In this document: positions 10,331 to 20,393 of the stretch, in pieces | How the letters are laid out: each line of letters starts with the position of its first letter | Numbering within the stretch: the stretch's first letter is position 1 | Origin: an uncultured Chloroflexia bacterium | GTDB lineage: Bacteria > Chloroflexota > Limnocylindria > Limnocylindrales > CSP1-4 | DNA length: 64,000 bases | Reading direction: 5' to 3' | NCBI GenBank assembly: GCA_963712745.1 | Contig: CAVQJC010000004.1 | Coordinates: 1-64,000, forward strand | The notes under the pieces: generated by a model | Told to the model about the DNA's origin: nothing | What the model saw: the letters and a program-made list of their open reading frames with translations, nothing else | Databases searched by the model: none | Program-made: the position numbers and the translations under genes

Positions 10331-11031
10331 GTGATCGGTATCCGCCCCGCGATCTCCGTCTTCGGCTCTTTGCCCCGGTTGGGCCTTCTTGCCGCCGCGC
10401 TCTTGACAGTCGCGGTCGCCTGCTCGGGCGGGGATGATGGGGGCGACGCGACGGCAGCACCTGCCGAGCCCGTTGCCAGCGACGCGCCCGAAGCGACCGA
10501 GGCGACCGACGAGCCCGAGGCACCCGAAGCGACCGACGCTCCAGATGCCGGCGACGCAGCACCGACCGACGCCGTCGCAGCGGCTGCCTCATCGGCAGCC
10601 ACGCTCGACTTCGGCTCCGGGACCGGCTCGATCACCCTCGGTGGCGAGACGTTCGAGTTGGCCATCGGCCCTGGCACCGGCCTCTGCCGGGACGTCTTCG
10701 GGATCATCCAGGCTGGGGGCCAGGTGGGCTGACGGCCGGGATATCGAGGGCAGCTTCATGATCCCGCCTCTCGATTGGGAGACGTATGCCGACGGTCGCT
10801 ACGACCCGCCCTCGGTGGAACTGGAGATCGACCTCCACAAGTGACGACAACGCACGCTGGCGTGCTGATGCTGCCTGGGCCCAGGAGAACGACAAGGTCG
10901 GCATGAGCCAGGTCGACTCGTACGAGAAGGAGGGGCTTGTCGCGTCCGGCTCTGCTACCTTCGCCAACGCCTGGAACAGCGCGGCGGACTCGGTCCAGGG
11001 CAGCTTCGAGATTAGTTGCGCCGAGGGCTAG
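10331..11031 (+). pseudogene. Lipoprotein with Ala/Pro/Thr/Glu-rich linker, split by two frameshifts (~10725, ~10838)
   Basis: Lipobox VAVAC, RBS AAGGGAGA; coding-like sequence continues across three frames to ...SFEISCAEG. Confidence 0.65.
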
Positions 11032-11179
11032 ACGCACCTGAGGTATCGACGGCTGACACCGTCGATAGAGACGGCGTAGTCCGCCGGCCGGATGGAGTGC
11101 CCCCGGGTGCTGGGTCTGGGCAGCGGCGCTGAGATTCTGCAGCGGCACTGAGGTCGCGCAGCGACCGAGCATCGGTGCA

Positions 11180-11217
11180 AGGGTCGAGCCGTCGCGGTTC
11201 CTGGTCGACTCGACCCT
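11180..11217. terminator. Stem-loop between convergent genes
   Basis: agggtcgag ... ctcgaccct. Confidence 0.4.
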
Positions 11218-11235
11218 CAGGCCGCCGAGGAGGGA

Positions 11236-11916
11236 TCAGCGGATGTCGATCTCGATGAAGTCGTCATCGCCCGCAGGGGAGGAGCCAGTGGCGGCGATGT
11301 ACTCGCCCGCGCCACTCCCCCCGTTCGCCTGGATGGTGAGAATGTCCATGGAGCCGAAGCTGTCCCACATCGATGTCAGCTCCAGGTCAGTCTCCTGGTA
11401 GTACTCCTTGCTGGCGTCAGAGCTGAACATATGACGGCCCGCGGTGCTGCGCACATAGAGGAGGGGCCTGCCGCTGTCCGGCGCACGGTAGGCATGCACC
11501 TCCTTGACCTCGTGACTTGGAGAAGCCCAGGTCCCGAACTCGAAGGGCGGCTGCGCCGTCCGCGGGTAGCGACCCATCTCGATGCTATCGCCCGGGGTGG
11601 GCGTGCCACTGCCGTCGGCATCGACGAACTTGGCGATGGCGACATCGTTCGCACCGAAGCCGCTCACGCCGTCGAGGTCCGTGTAGGCGATCGCCAGGAC
11701 CACCTTCCCGCACTTGCCGAGGTAGTCGCCGTGCTTCATGTGGCCCTTGAGGAGTGCGGGCTTGGCGACCTTCAGCGTCTTCTCGGCCTTGGTGTCGTGC
11801 TTGTGGCAAATGGTGACCCTGTCCTGTTTCGCCCCCACCGGTGCGGCCAGCGCGGTCATCAGGAGTGCAGAGGACGCAGCCACGGCCACGGCGCAGCGGA
11901 GCTTGTCAGCATTCAT
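11236..11916 (-). CDS. Secreted hypothetical protein with a VTICHK...GHMKHGDYLGKC module
   Basis: Signal peptide, RBS AGGGAG, small His/Cys module. Confidence 0.7.
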   Translation of the reverse strand: MNADKLRCAVAVAASSALLMTALAAPVGAKQDRVTICHKHDTKAEKTLKVAKPALLKGHMKHGDYLGKCGKVVLAIAYTDLDGVSGFGANDVAIAKFVDADGSGTPTPGDSIEMGRYPRTAQPPFEFGTWASPSHEVKEVHAYRAPDSGRPLLYVRSTAGRHMFSSDASKEYYQETDLELTSMWDSFGSMDILTIQANGGSGAGEYIAATGSSPAGDDDFIEIDIR

Positions 11917-12076
11917 CTGAGCGGTATCTCCCTGTGTCGGTTCGCTCGGATCGTGCTGACCTAACGGTGCCCCGGGCGATAGGCCCATGTCCATGACACA
12001 TTCGGGTGAGTCACGCCGCTGAGGTGACCATGCGGCAGTACCCCGCATCGATGTGGACCGACCGAGACTGCCTCGC

Positions 12077-13084
12077 TCAGGTGGCGGCGACGGCAGCCTT
12101 GAAGGCGGGGATGATGGTGGAGCCGTAGGCCTCCAGCTGGGCCTCCTCATCGCCGCTCATGAGGTAGAGGTTGAACTGGTCGACTCCGGCGTCGGCGAGC
12201 TCCCGGAGACGCCGCACATGCTCCTCGGGCGGCCCGATGACGGCGAAGCGGTCGATGACCTCGTCCTCGATGTAGTCGGCGTTCGACGAGCCGACCTCCG
12301 CGTGGTGACGGTAGTCGTAGTCCTCGCGGTCCCTGATGTAGGCGGTGAGCGACGCGGGCAGCTCCTCGCGCGGGTACTTGTTGACCAGGTCGACGACGTG
12401 GTTGGCGACCATGGCCGGGAACCAACGCACCCGCTCGCGGCATTCCTCGACCGGTCCCACGTGCGCCGGCGCCGCAGCCTGGATCATGATCGAGTCGGGA
12501 TCACGGCCGGCGTTCTCGGCCGCCTCGCGCATGGTGCCGGCCATCCAGCGGATGAGGTCGGGGTCGGCCAGCTGCAGGACCAGCCCGTCGGCCACGCGCC
12601 CCGTCATCGCCAGCGCCATCGGGCCATAACCGGCGACCCATACCGGCAGCTTCCACTTCTCAGACCAGGTCAGATCCAGCTGGGCCCCCTTGTATTCGAC
12701 CACGCGCCCCTCCACGAGCTCGCGGATGACGGTCACCGCCTGCTCCATCGTCTTGAGCTTGGTGGGCGGCATGCCCAGCATGCGGACCGCTCCGTCGCCG
12801 CGACCCATGCCCAGGTCCATGCGCCCACCGGAGACCTCTTCCAGCGTGGCCAGGACGCTGGCCGTCACGCTGGGGTCGCGCGTGGTCGGGTTCGTGACGC
12901 AGGCCCCGAGACGCATGTCCTTGGTGTGGGTGGCCATGAGCGTGAGGAGGGGATAGACCTCCATCCACAGCACGTGGTTGTCCCAGAGCCAGCCGTAGCT
13001 GAAGCCGGCCGCCTCCGCCTGCTGCGTGAGTGCGATGGTGCGATCGATGCTGTGCTCAGCCTTGAGGGTGAAGCCGAAGTCCAT
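12077..13084 (-). CDS. LLM-class F420-dependent oxidoreductase (TIGR03842-like)
   Basis: MDFGFTL...GFSYGWLWDNHVLW.E.YP...CVTNPTTRDPSVTAS...GMGRGD. Confidence 0.88.
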   Translation of the reverse strand: MDFGFTLKAEHSIDRTIALTQQAEAAGFSYGWLWDNHVLWMEVYPLLTLMATHTKDMRLGACVTNPTTRDPSVTASVLATLEEVSGGRMDLGMGRGDGAVRMLGMPPTKLKTMEQAVTVIRELVEGRVVEYKGAQLDLTWSEKWKLPVWVAGYGPMALAMTGRVADGLVLQLADPDLIRWMAGTMREAAENAGRDPDSIMIQAAAPAHVGPVEECRERVRWFPAMVANHVVDLVNKYPREELPASLTAYIRDREDYDYRHHAEVGSSNADYIEDEVIDRFAVIGPPEEHVRRLRELADAGVDQFNLYLMSGDEEAQLEAYGSTIIPAFKAAVAAT

Positions 13085-13149
13085 GACGGGGCAGCCTACA
13101 CCGTGGCCGGCTTGTCCGGGTCCCCGCCTGTGCCAGCCCCGGTGCCGCG

Positions 13150-13400
13150 CCGCGTTCACGGCGAACCTGGGATCGAACTACGACATCTGCGTCGCGAACG
13201 CCGATGGCAGCGGGCAGACGCTGCTGACGGCGCATCCGGCCGATGACGAGCTCCCTTCCTGGGCGACCGATGGGTCCGTGTCAGCCTTCCATTCGTGGCG
13301 TCACGGTGGTGTCTCGCCCTGGCTCATGCAGGCTGAAGGCAGCGAAGCATCGGATCCCACCGGCCTCGCTCCGGTCGGCTGCGCGATGTTCTCGCCGGTC
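13150..13400 (+). pseudogene. Remnant of TolB/PD40-like repeats
   Basis: AFTA...NYDICVANADGSGQTLLTAHPADDELPSWATDG, with no plausible start. Confidence 0.55.
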
Positions 13401-13591
13401 GGGAATCACTGGGCGCAGCGGGCCTCCCAGGGCTCGAACGAAGGTACCCCGGTCCCCCTACCTTCGTACTGCCGATGCTCCAGATCCGTGCTCAGGAGTC
13501 TTGACAGAAGTCAACGCTGGTGGGGTTAGGTCCATTCCGTCAGCGGAGGGGCGCTGATAGGTTCAAGGGGATCGGGGAAGGAGGGGTCGGA

Positions 13592-13616
13592 GGAAACGTG
13601 ATGTGGGCTGAACCGT
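13592..13616 (+). promoter_or_regulatory. Possible ECF-type promoter (autoregulatory)
   Basis: GGAAAC-N16-CGT directly upstream of the ECF sigma gene. Confidence 0.3.
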
Positions 13617-13644
13617 GCCGGCACGTGACGGAGCAGAGGTAGCC

Positions 13645-14268
13645 GTGTCCGCAGCGATCTCCATGCCGCCACGCCCAGGTCCGTCTGGGAGCAAGCCACC
13701 TGCGCCCCCGGCTGTCGCCCCAACGGATGACGTGCTCCTCACCGCTGCTCGCGCGGGCGACCTGCGTGCCTGGGAGATGCTGGTACGGCGCCACCAGGGC
13801 TTCGCCTTCCGCTATGCCTACCTCACGACACGCGATGCGACGGTCGCGGAGGACGCCACCAAGCTCGCCTTCGTGCGCGCCTACCGGACCCTGCCATCGT
13901 GGCAGGCGGAAACCGAGTTCCGCCCGTGGCTCATGCGCATCGTGGCCGGTGTGTCGCGCTCCAAGAAGCGTGAAGCCGGCGAGAAGCAGGACCGCAGGTA
14001 TGTCGAGCCCGAGCACAGTCCGCGGCTTCCCGCCGATCTGTTCGGGCCCTCGGGCGCCCTGCCACCACTGACGCCCCTCGAGCGCGAGGCCCTGGTCGCC
14101 GCCTTCGACCGCCTGGGCACCGACGAGCGCGAGATCGTCGCGAGCCGCTACGTCCTGGGACTCACGCGCCGTGAGATCGTCGCCTACCTGGGAACCTCGG
14201 GCGAAGAGGTGGACGAGCGACTCCGAAGGGCTCTCGCGCGCCTCCGCGCCTACCTGGCCGACGGCTGA
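13645..14268 (+). CDS. ECF RNA polymerase sigma factor
   Basis: AARAGDLRAWEMLV...AEDAT...FRPWLMRIV and a region-4 HTH. Confidence 0.9.
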   Translation: MSAAISMPPRPGPSGSKPPAPPAVAPTDDVLLTAARAGDLRAWEMLVRRHQGFAFRYAYLTTRDATVAEDATKLAFVRAYRTLPSWQAETEFRPWLMRIVAGVSRSKKREAGEKQDRRYVEPEHSPRLPADLFGPSGALPPLTPLEREALVAAFDRLGTDEREIVASRYVLGLTRREIVAYLGTSGEEVDERLRRALARLRAYLADG

Positions 14269-15469
14269 TGGATATCAGCGCCAACGGCCCCGTGAGCGAC
14301 CGTGGTCGATACCGCGTGTCCGAGCTGCCAGCCCACCATTTCGCCTCGCTCGACGACGACGCCATCGGCGACATGGCCAGCCGCGCCGCCGCATCGGAGG
14401 TGCCCTGGATCCCGGACGTCACTGCGGCCGTGACCGATCGGCTGGCTCGCGATGCCGCGGCCTATCCGGAGGTGTTCGCGCCCGGCAGTCGGCCGCCCCC
14501 GGCCGCGACGCAGATGACTTCGGTGACGAGCGCGTCCGGGCTCAGCCAGACACGTGGCACGCGACGGTCGGGTCGTCTCCCGCAGCTGGCGCTCGTAGCC
14601 GGGGTGGTTGCCGTCTGCGTGGTCGGGGCCGCCGTCCTGCTTGGAGACTGGATCGGACGTCGCCCACGGCTGCGGAGCCTGGGGGCCGCCCCCCGGAACT
14701 GGCTCTGCAGCTCAGCGCTTCGTCGGCGCCACTCGCCCAGCCGGCGGCTGGGTTCGTCGAACCGCTCACCCTGGCCCCGGCGGGGGCAGACACAGAGGCT
14801 CGCGAGGCAGTCGAGGTCGCTCCGCTCATGATCACGGCGGCCCGTCCGCTTCGGGATGGGCGACTGGGCGCAAGGGTGGCGTTCGGGGCGACTGCCGCAC
14901 GTGCCGTCGCCGAGCCGCATCGAACGCAGCTGCTGCGGAAGAGGAACGGCCGCACGTGGAAGCTGGTGGGATGGGCCGAGCGAGAGGGTCCGGTCGAGAC
15001 CACGCTCGTCCCGGGCAAACGCTACGAGTTCAAGGTGCGGACCCTCGACGAGGCCGGGAACGTGCTCACCTCGGAGCGCCTCCGCGCGGTGCTGACGGTT
15101 CGCGACTGGGCTTCCAGGCAGCTTCGCCGGACCCCGGGTGACTGGACCACCACGACCGGAGATCCGCGGCGCGGCGAGCCGGTCGATGGCGCGCTCGCCT
15201 CCAGGACGGCGGACGCGGCCATCACGACCTCGTTCCAAGGAGACGGCGTGGCGCTCGTCGCTCCCGTAGGGCCGGCCGGAGGCGCCATGCGGGTCCGTCT
15301 CGACGGCGGTGACTGGGTACGGGGTGAGTTGAGTCACGCTGAGCCGGCCGAGCGGGCGATCGTCTTCAGCCGATATCTGCGCGGTGGCGCGCATTCCCTC
15401 GACATCGGGGTCGCCGACGGCGTCATCGCGCTCGACTCGATGATGATCCTGCGCATCCCCAGGGCGTAG
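14268..15469 (+). pseudogene. Membrane protein / putative anti-sigma with FN3-like extracellular part, frameshift near 14650-14700
   Basis: Start coupled to the sigma stop, TM helix LALVAGVVAVCVVG; C-terminal frame has YEFKVRTLDEAGN and a beta-sandwich-like domain. Confidence 0.6.
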
Positions 15470-15606
15470 CCGGCTCGGGCCGGCGTAGTACTGAAGCTGG
15501 GTATCCGCCCGCGGGGCGAGTGCTACCGTCGGGTCGGAAGCCAGCGAGCATAGCCAGTGCTCATACCCCTGTGATGACCACCATCCTGGCCGGTGGCTGC
15601 AATGGA

Positions 15607-15819
15607 GTGACCAAGGTGCAGAAGTGGGAGTACGCCAGGATCCTCGTTGACCGGGGGGACGTGAGCGTGTCATACAGCCACCAGGACGTGGCCTCACAGA
15701 CATGGCCCCGCGTGATCATGGCCATGCGCGAGATGGGCGATGCCGGCTGGGAGCTCGTGACCGCGAGCAACCGCGACGGCAACGAGATCCTCCACTTCAG
15801 GCGGCCGCTCGAGCGATAG
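15607..15819 (+). CDS. DUF4177-like small protein
   Basis: KWEY...MGDAGWELV...HFRRP. Confidence 0.8.
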   Translation: MTKVQKWEYARILVDRGDVSVSYSHQDVASQTWPRVIMAMREMGDAGWELVTASNRDGNEILHFRRPLER

Positions 15820-15983
15820 CCGACGCCCGCGGAGGGTGAAGGCCCGAGACCGGGTATGCTTGTCACTCACCTCGACGGGCGCCTCCGGTCCGCGCCCTGG
15901 TTTCTCACCACGACCATCCCCCGAGTCCTCATGCCCTGGCCGGCCCTCGCGATGACGCGAGATGGGCCCTGTCAGGAGACGCC

Positions 15984-17387
15984 TTGTCCTTCTCTACTCT
16001 CGGGCTGCGCCCCGATTCACTGCGTGCCGTAGCCGACCAGGGCTACACGGAACCGACCCCGGTTCAGGCACGCGCCATCCCCATCGTGCTCAGTGGCCGC
16101 GACCTGCTCGCCGGGGCACAGACGGGCACGGGCAAGACCGCGGCCTTCGTCCTGCCCATGCTGGACGGGCTGCGCGCCCGCCGCGAGTCCGGTCAGCGCA
16201 AGGTGCGCGCCCTCGTGGTGGTTCCGACGCGTGAGCTCGCCCTCCAGGTCGAATTGGCGGTACGCACCTACGGTGGCCGCCAGCCCGTCCGCTCGGTGGC
16301 CATCTACGGCGGTGTGCGCATGGACCGGCAGGTCCGCTCGCTGCGCCAGTGGCCCGAGATCATCGTGGCCACGCCCGGCCGCCTCCTGGACCACGTGCGC
16401 CAGGGGACGGTCGACCTGCACCAGGTGGAGATCCTCGTCCTCGACGAAGCCGACCGCATGCTCGATATGGGCTTCATCCACGACATCAAGCGGATCCTCG
16501 AGCAGCTGCCGGTCGAACGGCAGACGTTGCTGTTCAGCGCCACCTTCTCGACCCGTATCCGTCATCTGGCGGCGGACCTGCTGCGCGACCCCGAGTCGGT
16601 GGACGTGGCACCGCGAAACGCCACGGCGGCACCCATCCGACAGCTCGTCCATCCGGTCGACAGGGCTCGCAAGCGGCACCTGCTCGCGCACATGGTCCGC
16701 GACCGCGACATGGGCCAGGTGCTTGTGTTCACCCGCACCAAGCGCGGTGCCAATCGCCTGGCCGAGCAGCTGGGCAAGGACGGCATCCGGGCCGCGGCGA
16801 TCCACGGCAACAAGAGCCAGTCCCAGCGTGTCCGTGCCCTGGCTGCGTTCAAGCGCGGCGAGGCCCAGGTCCTCGTGGCAACCGACATCGCGGCCCGCGG
16901 GCTCGACATCGACGCTCTTCCCCACGTAGTCAACTACGAGCTGCCGACGGTGCCGGAGGACTACGTCCATCGCATCGGGCGCACGGGTCGGGCGGGCCTG
17001 GAAGGTACCGCCATCTCGCTGGTCTCGGGCGATGAGCGTGAGCTCATGACCGGGATCGAGCGCCTGCTCAAGAAGTCCATCGAGCGCGAGGTCGTGAAGG
17101 GATTCGAGCCGAGCGTTGCGTATCGGCCCGAGCCGATCATCACCACGCGTCCGCCACGCGGACGCAACCGACAGGGACCGCCGGCGTACGCGGGAGGGTC
17201 CGGGGCGCGGGGCTCACGCCCCTCAGGTCAGCAGCGTAGTCGGCATCACGGCGGGGCACGGCCGATGCCCGGCGAGCGTCTCTCTGGCCGGGGCGCGCCC
17301 GCCCACGTGGCGCAAGGTCGAGAGGCCCGACCCGCTACTCCCGAGGCGGGTGCCGGTCGACGACGTGGTGGTGCACGCAGCAGCTGA
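15984..17387 (+). CDS. rhlE: DEAD-box ATP-dependent RNA helicase (RhlE-like)
   Basis: [38 protein letters not shown]. Confidence 0.95.
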   Translation: MSFSTLGLRPDSLRAVADQGYTEPTPVQARAIPIVLSGRDLLAGAQTGTGKTAAFVLPMLDGLRARRESGQRKVRALVVVPTRELALQVELAVRTYGGRQPVRSVAIYGGVRMDRQVRSLRQWPEIIVATPGRLLDHVRQGTVDLHQVEILVLDEADRMLDMGFIHDIKRILEQLPVERQTLLFSATFSTRIRHLAADLLRDPESVDVAPRNATAAPIRQLVHPVDRARKRHLLAHMVRDRDMGQVLVFTRTKRGANRLAEQLGKDGIRAAAIHGNKSQSQRVRALAAFKRGEAQVLVATDIAARGLDIDALPHVVNYELPTVPEDYVHRIGRTGRAGLEGTAISLVSGDERELMTGIERLLKKSIEREVVKGFEPSVAYRPEPIITTRPPRGRNRQGPPAYAGGSGARGSRPSGQQRSRHHGGARPMPGERLSGRGAPAHVAQGREARPATPEAGAGRRRGGARSS

Positions 17388-17489
17388 CCTCAAGCGCATC
17401 TGACGCCAAGCGGCTGACCGGTTGGCCGGGCGGTCCCGAGGGTCGCACTCACCCGCTACGCTTGGGTCCCCACAGTCCAGAGTCCCGAG

Positions 17490-17993
17490 GTGCCCGTGAC
17501 CATCTACGCCGAGTACACGCCCGAGGAGCAGGATGTGCTCCGAGCCGGTATCCAGGCTGCAGCCGTCGCTATCTCCGCCGCCAGTCCCGGCCGCAAGGAG
17601 GAGACCGTGAGCGAGGGCTACGCTGCGGCCGAGTTCATCATGGAGAGCGGCCCACGCTACGTGGCCAACACGCTCGTTACTTCCATCCTCGCGGAGCTGC
17701 AGCGACGCCTCAAGAGTGAGCAGGTGTTCCCCGATTACGTCAAGGTCGCGTCTGCGCCCGGGGCAGGGGAGCAGGCCATGGCCAACCTCCGCGCCGTGGC
17801 CGCCCTGCTCGACACGAAGGCCACAGCCGAGGAGGCGGCCGGCTTCAAGGGCTGGCTGCTCGACATCTCGCAGGTGGTGGCCAAGGCCGGCAAGGAGGAC
17901 CAGGGTTTCCTGGGCATGGGCGGTGTCGAGGTCAACGACGCGGAACGAGTTGCCCTGGCCGCCATCGCCCAGGCACTCGGCGTGGAGACCTGA
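17490..17993 (+). CDS. Hypothetical protein
   Basis: Clean ORF with RBS; C-terminal FKGWL...VAKAGKE..GFLGMGG.EV...E motif. Confidence 0.8.
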   Translation: MPVTIYAEYTPEEQDVLRAGIQAAAVAISAASPGRKEETVSEGYAAAEFIMESGPRYVANTLVTSILAELQRRLKSEQVFPDYVKVASAPGAGEQAMANLRAVAALLDTKATAEEAAGFKGWLLDISQVVAKAGKEDQGFLGMGGVEVNDAERVALAAIAQALGVET

Positions 17994-18014
17994 GCCAGCC
18001 GCGATCCCTGCAGC

Positions 18015-18869
18015 TCAGCGGAAGAGGCGGTTGAGCCAGCGCCATCGGCGTCGCGCACCCGGCGGGTCGACCGTCCCCGGGTAGGCCTGCTCAAGCACGG
18101 CTGCCAGTCGGGACTCGAGCGCACGCGTTAGCGCGTGGGCCTGGCGCAACTCGTCCCTGGTCCCCGGTTCGGCCGGTCCGCCCCAGCGGGTCCCCAGCAG
18201 CTCCGCAGGCGAGGTCGGCGGCAGGACCGTGGCCTGCATGCGCTTGCCGCGGTACAGCTCCTCCGCGCCACAGATGGCCATGGGCACGATCGGCGCTCCG
18301 GTGCGCAGGCAGAGCAGGGCAGCGCCAGAGCGCATGTGGGCGGGACGGTCGGGAGGACCGCCGATGCGGCCCTCGGCGAAGAGGCTCAGCACCGCACCGG
18401 CGTCGACCACGGCTTCGGCCGACCGCACATGCACGGAGACGTCGGTACCCCCTCGCCACACGGGCAGGAGGCCGCCGGTACGCCGGAGGAGACGCTCCTT
18501 CCAGCCACGGTCGAACGCCGTTGCGCCCGAACCCATGAACCAGACACGCGGCTCGGTCGGCAGGGCATGAACGACGAGGAGAGGGTCGATCCAGCTGCGG
18601 TGGACCGCACACACCGCGATGTAGCCCCGCGCAGGGAGGTGCTCGAGGCCTTCGACGGACACGCGCAGGCGGCAGATCCGGAACAGCAGCCAGCGGGCCA
18701 GTCCCAGCAGGGCGCGGTACAACCGCGGCGCTTGGGGCCCGGGGACTCGACCGAGCCAGTCGATGCCTTCCAGCGGCGGCGCCTCGAGGCTGGCCGCCAG
18801 TTCCTGCGGGCGTTGGGCACGGGCGATGGCTTCGTCTCCGCCCCCGACGATCCTGTTCCAGAGTCTCAT
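18015..18869 (-). CDS. Lysophospholipid acyltransferase (PlsC family)
   Basis: HRSWID (HX4D), FAEG, PIVP. Confidence 0.9.
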   Translation of the reverse strand: MRLWNRIVGGGDEAIARAQRPQELAASLEAPPLEGIDWLGRVPGPQAPRLYRALLGLARWLLFRICRLRVSVEGLEHLPARGYIAVCAVHRSWIDPLLVVHALPTEPRVWFMGSGATAFDRGWKERLLRRTGGLLPVWRGGTDVSVHVRSAEAVVDAGAVLSLFAEGRIGGPPDRPAHMRSGAALLCLRTGAPIVPMAICGAEELYRGKRMQATVLPPTSPAELLGTRWGGPAEPGTRDELRQAHALTRALESRLAAVLEQAYPGTVDPPGARRRWRWLNRLFR

Positions 18870-18959
18870 GCCCCCAGCTTGACCCTAAGACTGCCCGCCC
18901 GGCACCGGTGGCTGCCGTATCCGCGGACTCAGCCTGAGCCGGGAACGTATCCTCGAGCC

Positions 18960-20393
18960 ATGAGACCTCGCGTGCTGTCCGCCCTCCTGGCCCTCACCGT
19001 CATCAGCTCGACCACCGCGGTCGTGGTCGACCCGGCAGTCGCCCTGGCCGGCGGCCCCTCGCTGGTCGTCACGGGTTCACCCTTCGACCCCAACGGCGAT
19101 GGCAAGCGCGAGACCTTGCGCATCGAGGTGGTCACCGCCGTTCCGGCCACGGTGGACCTGGTGGTGCGTGATTTCGACGGCCGCACCGTGCGTAAGCTGG
19201 CGAGGGCGCAGCAGGTGGATGGCAAACGCGTGTGGACGTGGAATGGGCGGGACCGGGAGGGCCGCCGCGTGCCGCCCGGTCCGTATCGCGTGAAGGCCGT
19301 GATCGACCCTGCTGGCGGGGCCGCAGTGACGCGGCAGCGATGGGTGACCCGCGCCAGACGAGTGCCGTATCCGGAGCGGCCGGGCGCAGTCCTGGTAGCT
19401 CTCGATGCCGGTCATGGGGGCCCCGCAGACGGCGCGGTCTCGAAACGGCTCAGGGAAGACGCGGTCAACCTCGACATCGCGCTGCGTCTCGGGGCCATGC
19501 TCAAGGGAGCCGGTATCGGTGTGATCATGACCAGGAGGACCGACCGCAACGTCAGCCCGGTCGGCCTGGACCTGAACTTCGACGGGAAGTACACCCGCCT
19601 TGACGAGCTCATCGCACGCAACGATGTCGGCAACCGGGCCCGCGCCGGCCTCCACATCGCGCTGCACAACAACGCCAACCCCTGCGGGTGCACCCGTGGT
19701 ACGGAGATGTACACCCACGACAAGCGCGGCTGGTCACCGGAGGGTCGCAGGCTGGCGAAGTTCGTCCTGGAAGAGCACATCCGCCACCTGTCTCGAGTGC
19801 CCGGCTACACGCCGAGGAAGCGTGGGGTCAAGTACCACGACTTCAAGGCGCTCAGGCCCTTCCACAAGCGACTGATGCCACGACCTTCGCTCCAGCCCTC
19901 CATCCTTGGCGAGTCGCTCTTCATCGACTGGCCCTCGGAGCGGCGCCTGCTGTCCAAGCGAAGCGGCCGGACCACCATCGCGGCCGGGTACTTCGACGGC
20001 ATCGCTCGCTATCTCGCCTGGCGACCCTTCGGCCTGCGGTACGACGTCCTGGAAGCTCCGCGCAGGGCCCCGGTCGGGAGCACCGCCAGCGTGCGAGTGC
20101 GTCTCACCAACACCGGCAACCGCACCATCGCTGGATGGAAGCTGGTGGCCCGGGTCGTGACCAACCGGGCCCGCTACGACGGACAGCCCAAGCGAGGCTC
20201 GATCGATGCGAAGGCGCCCATCCCCGATGCTCTCCGCCCCGGTCAGTCGACGACGGTCACGCTACCGGGTATCCCCCTGCCGGAAAAGGTCGGTCCGTGG
20301 CTGCTCAAGCTCGACGTCATCAAGGCTACTGACTCGCTCTCGAAGCACGGCGTGGTCGGCCCACAGCTGCGCGTGGATACGACCGCCCCCTAG
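18960..20393 (+). CDS. Secreted N-acetylmuramoyl-L-alanine amidase with N-terminal FlgD-Ig-like and C-terminal Ig-like domains
   Basis: Signal peptide; SPFDPNGDG...WNGRD; LDAGHGG, LRE..VN, ALHNNA and ILGE Zn/catalytic residues intact. Confidence 0.9.
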   Translation: MRPRVLSALLALTVISSTTAVVVDPAVALAGGPSLVVTGSPFDPNGDGKRETLRIEVVTAVPATVDLVVRDFDGRTVRKLARAQQVDGKRVWTWNGRDREGRRVPPGPYRVKAVIDPAGGAAVTRQRWVTRARRVPYPERPGAVLVALDAGHGGPADGAVSKRLREDAVNLDIALRLGAMLKGAGIGVIMTRRTDRNVSPVGLDLNFDGKYTRLDELIARNDVGNRARAGLHIALHNNANPCGCTRGTEMYTHDKRGWSPEGRRLAKFVLEEHIRHLSRVPGYTPRKRGVKYHDFKALRPFHKRLMPRPSLQPSILGESLFIDWPSERRLLSKRSGRTTIAAGYFDGIARYLAWRPFGLRYDVLEAPRRAPVGSTASVRVRLTNTGNRTIAGWKLVARVVTNRARYDGQPKRGSIDAKAPIPDALRPGQSTTVTLPGIPLPEKVGPWLLKLDVIKATDSLSKHGVVGPQLRVDTTAP

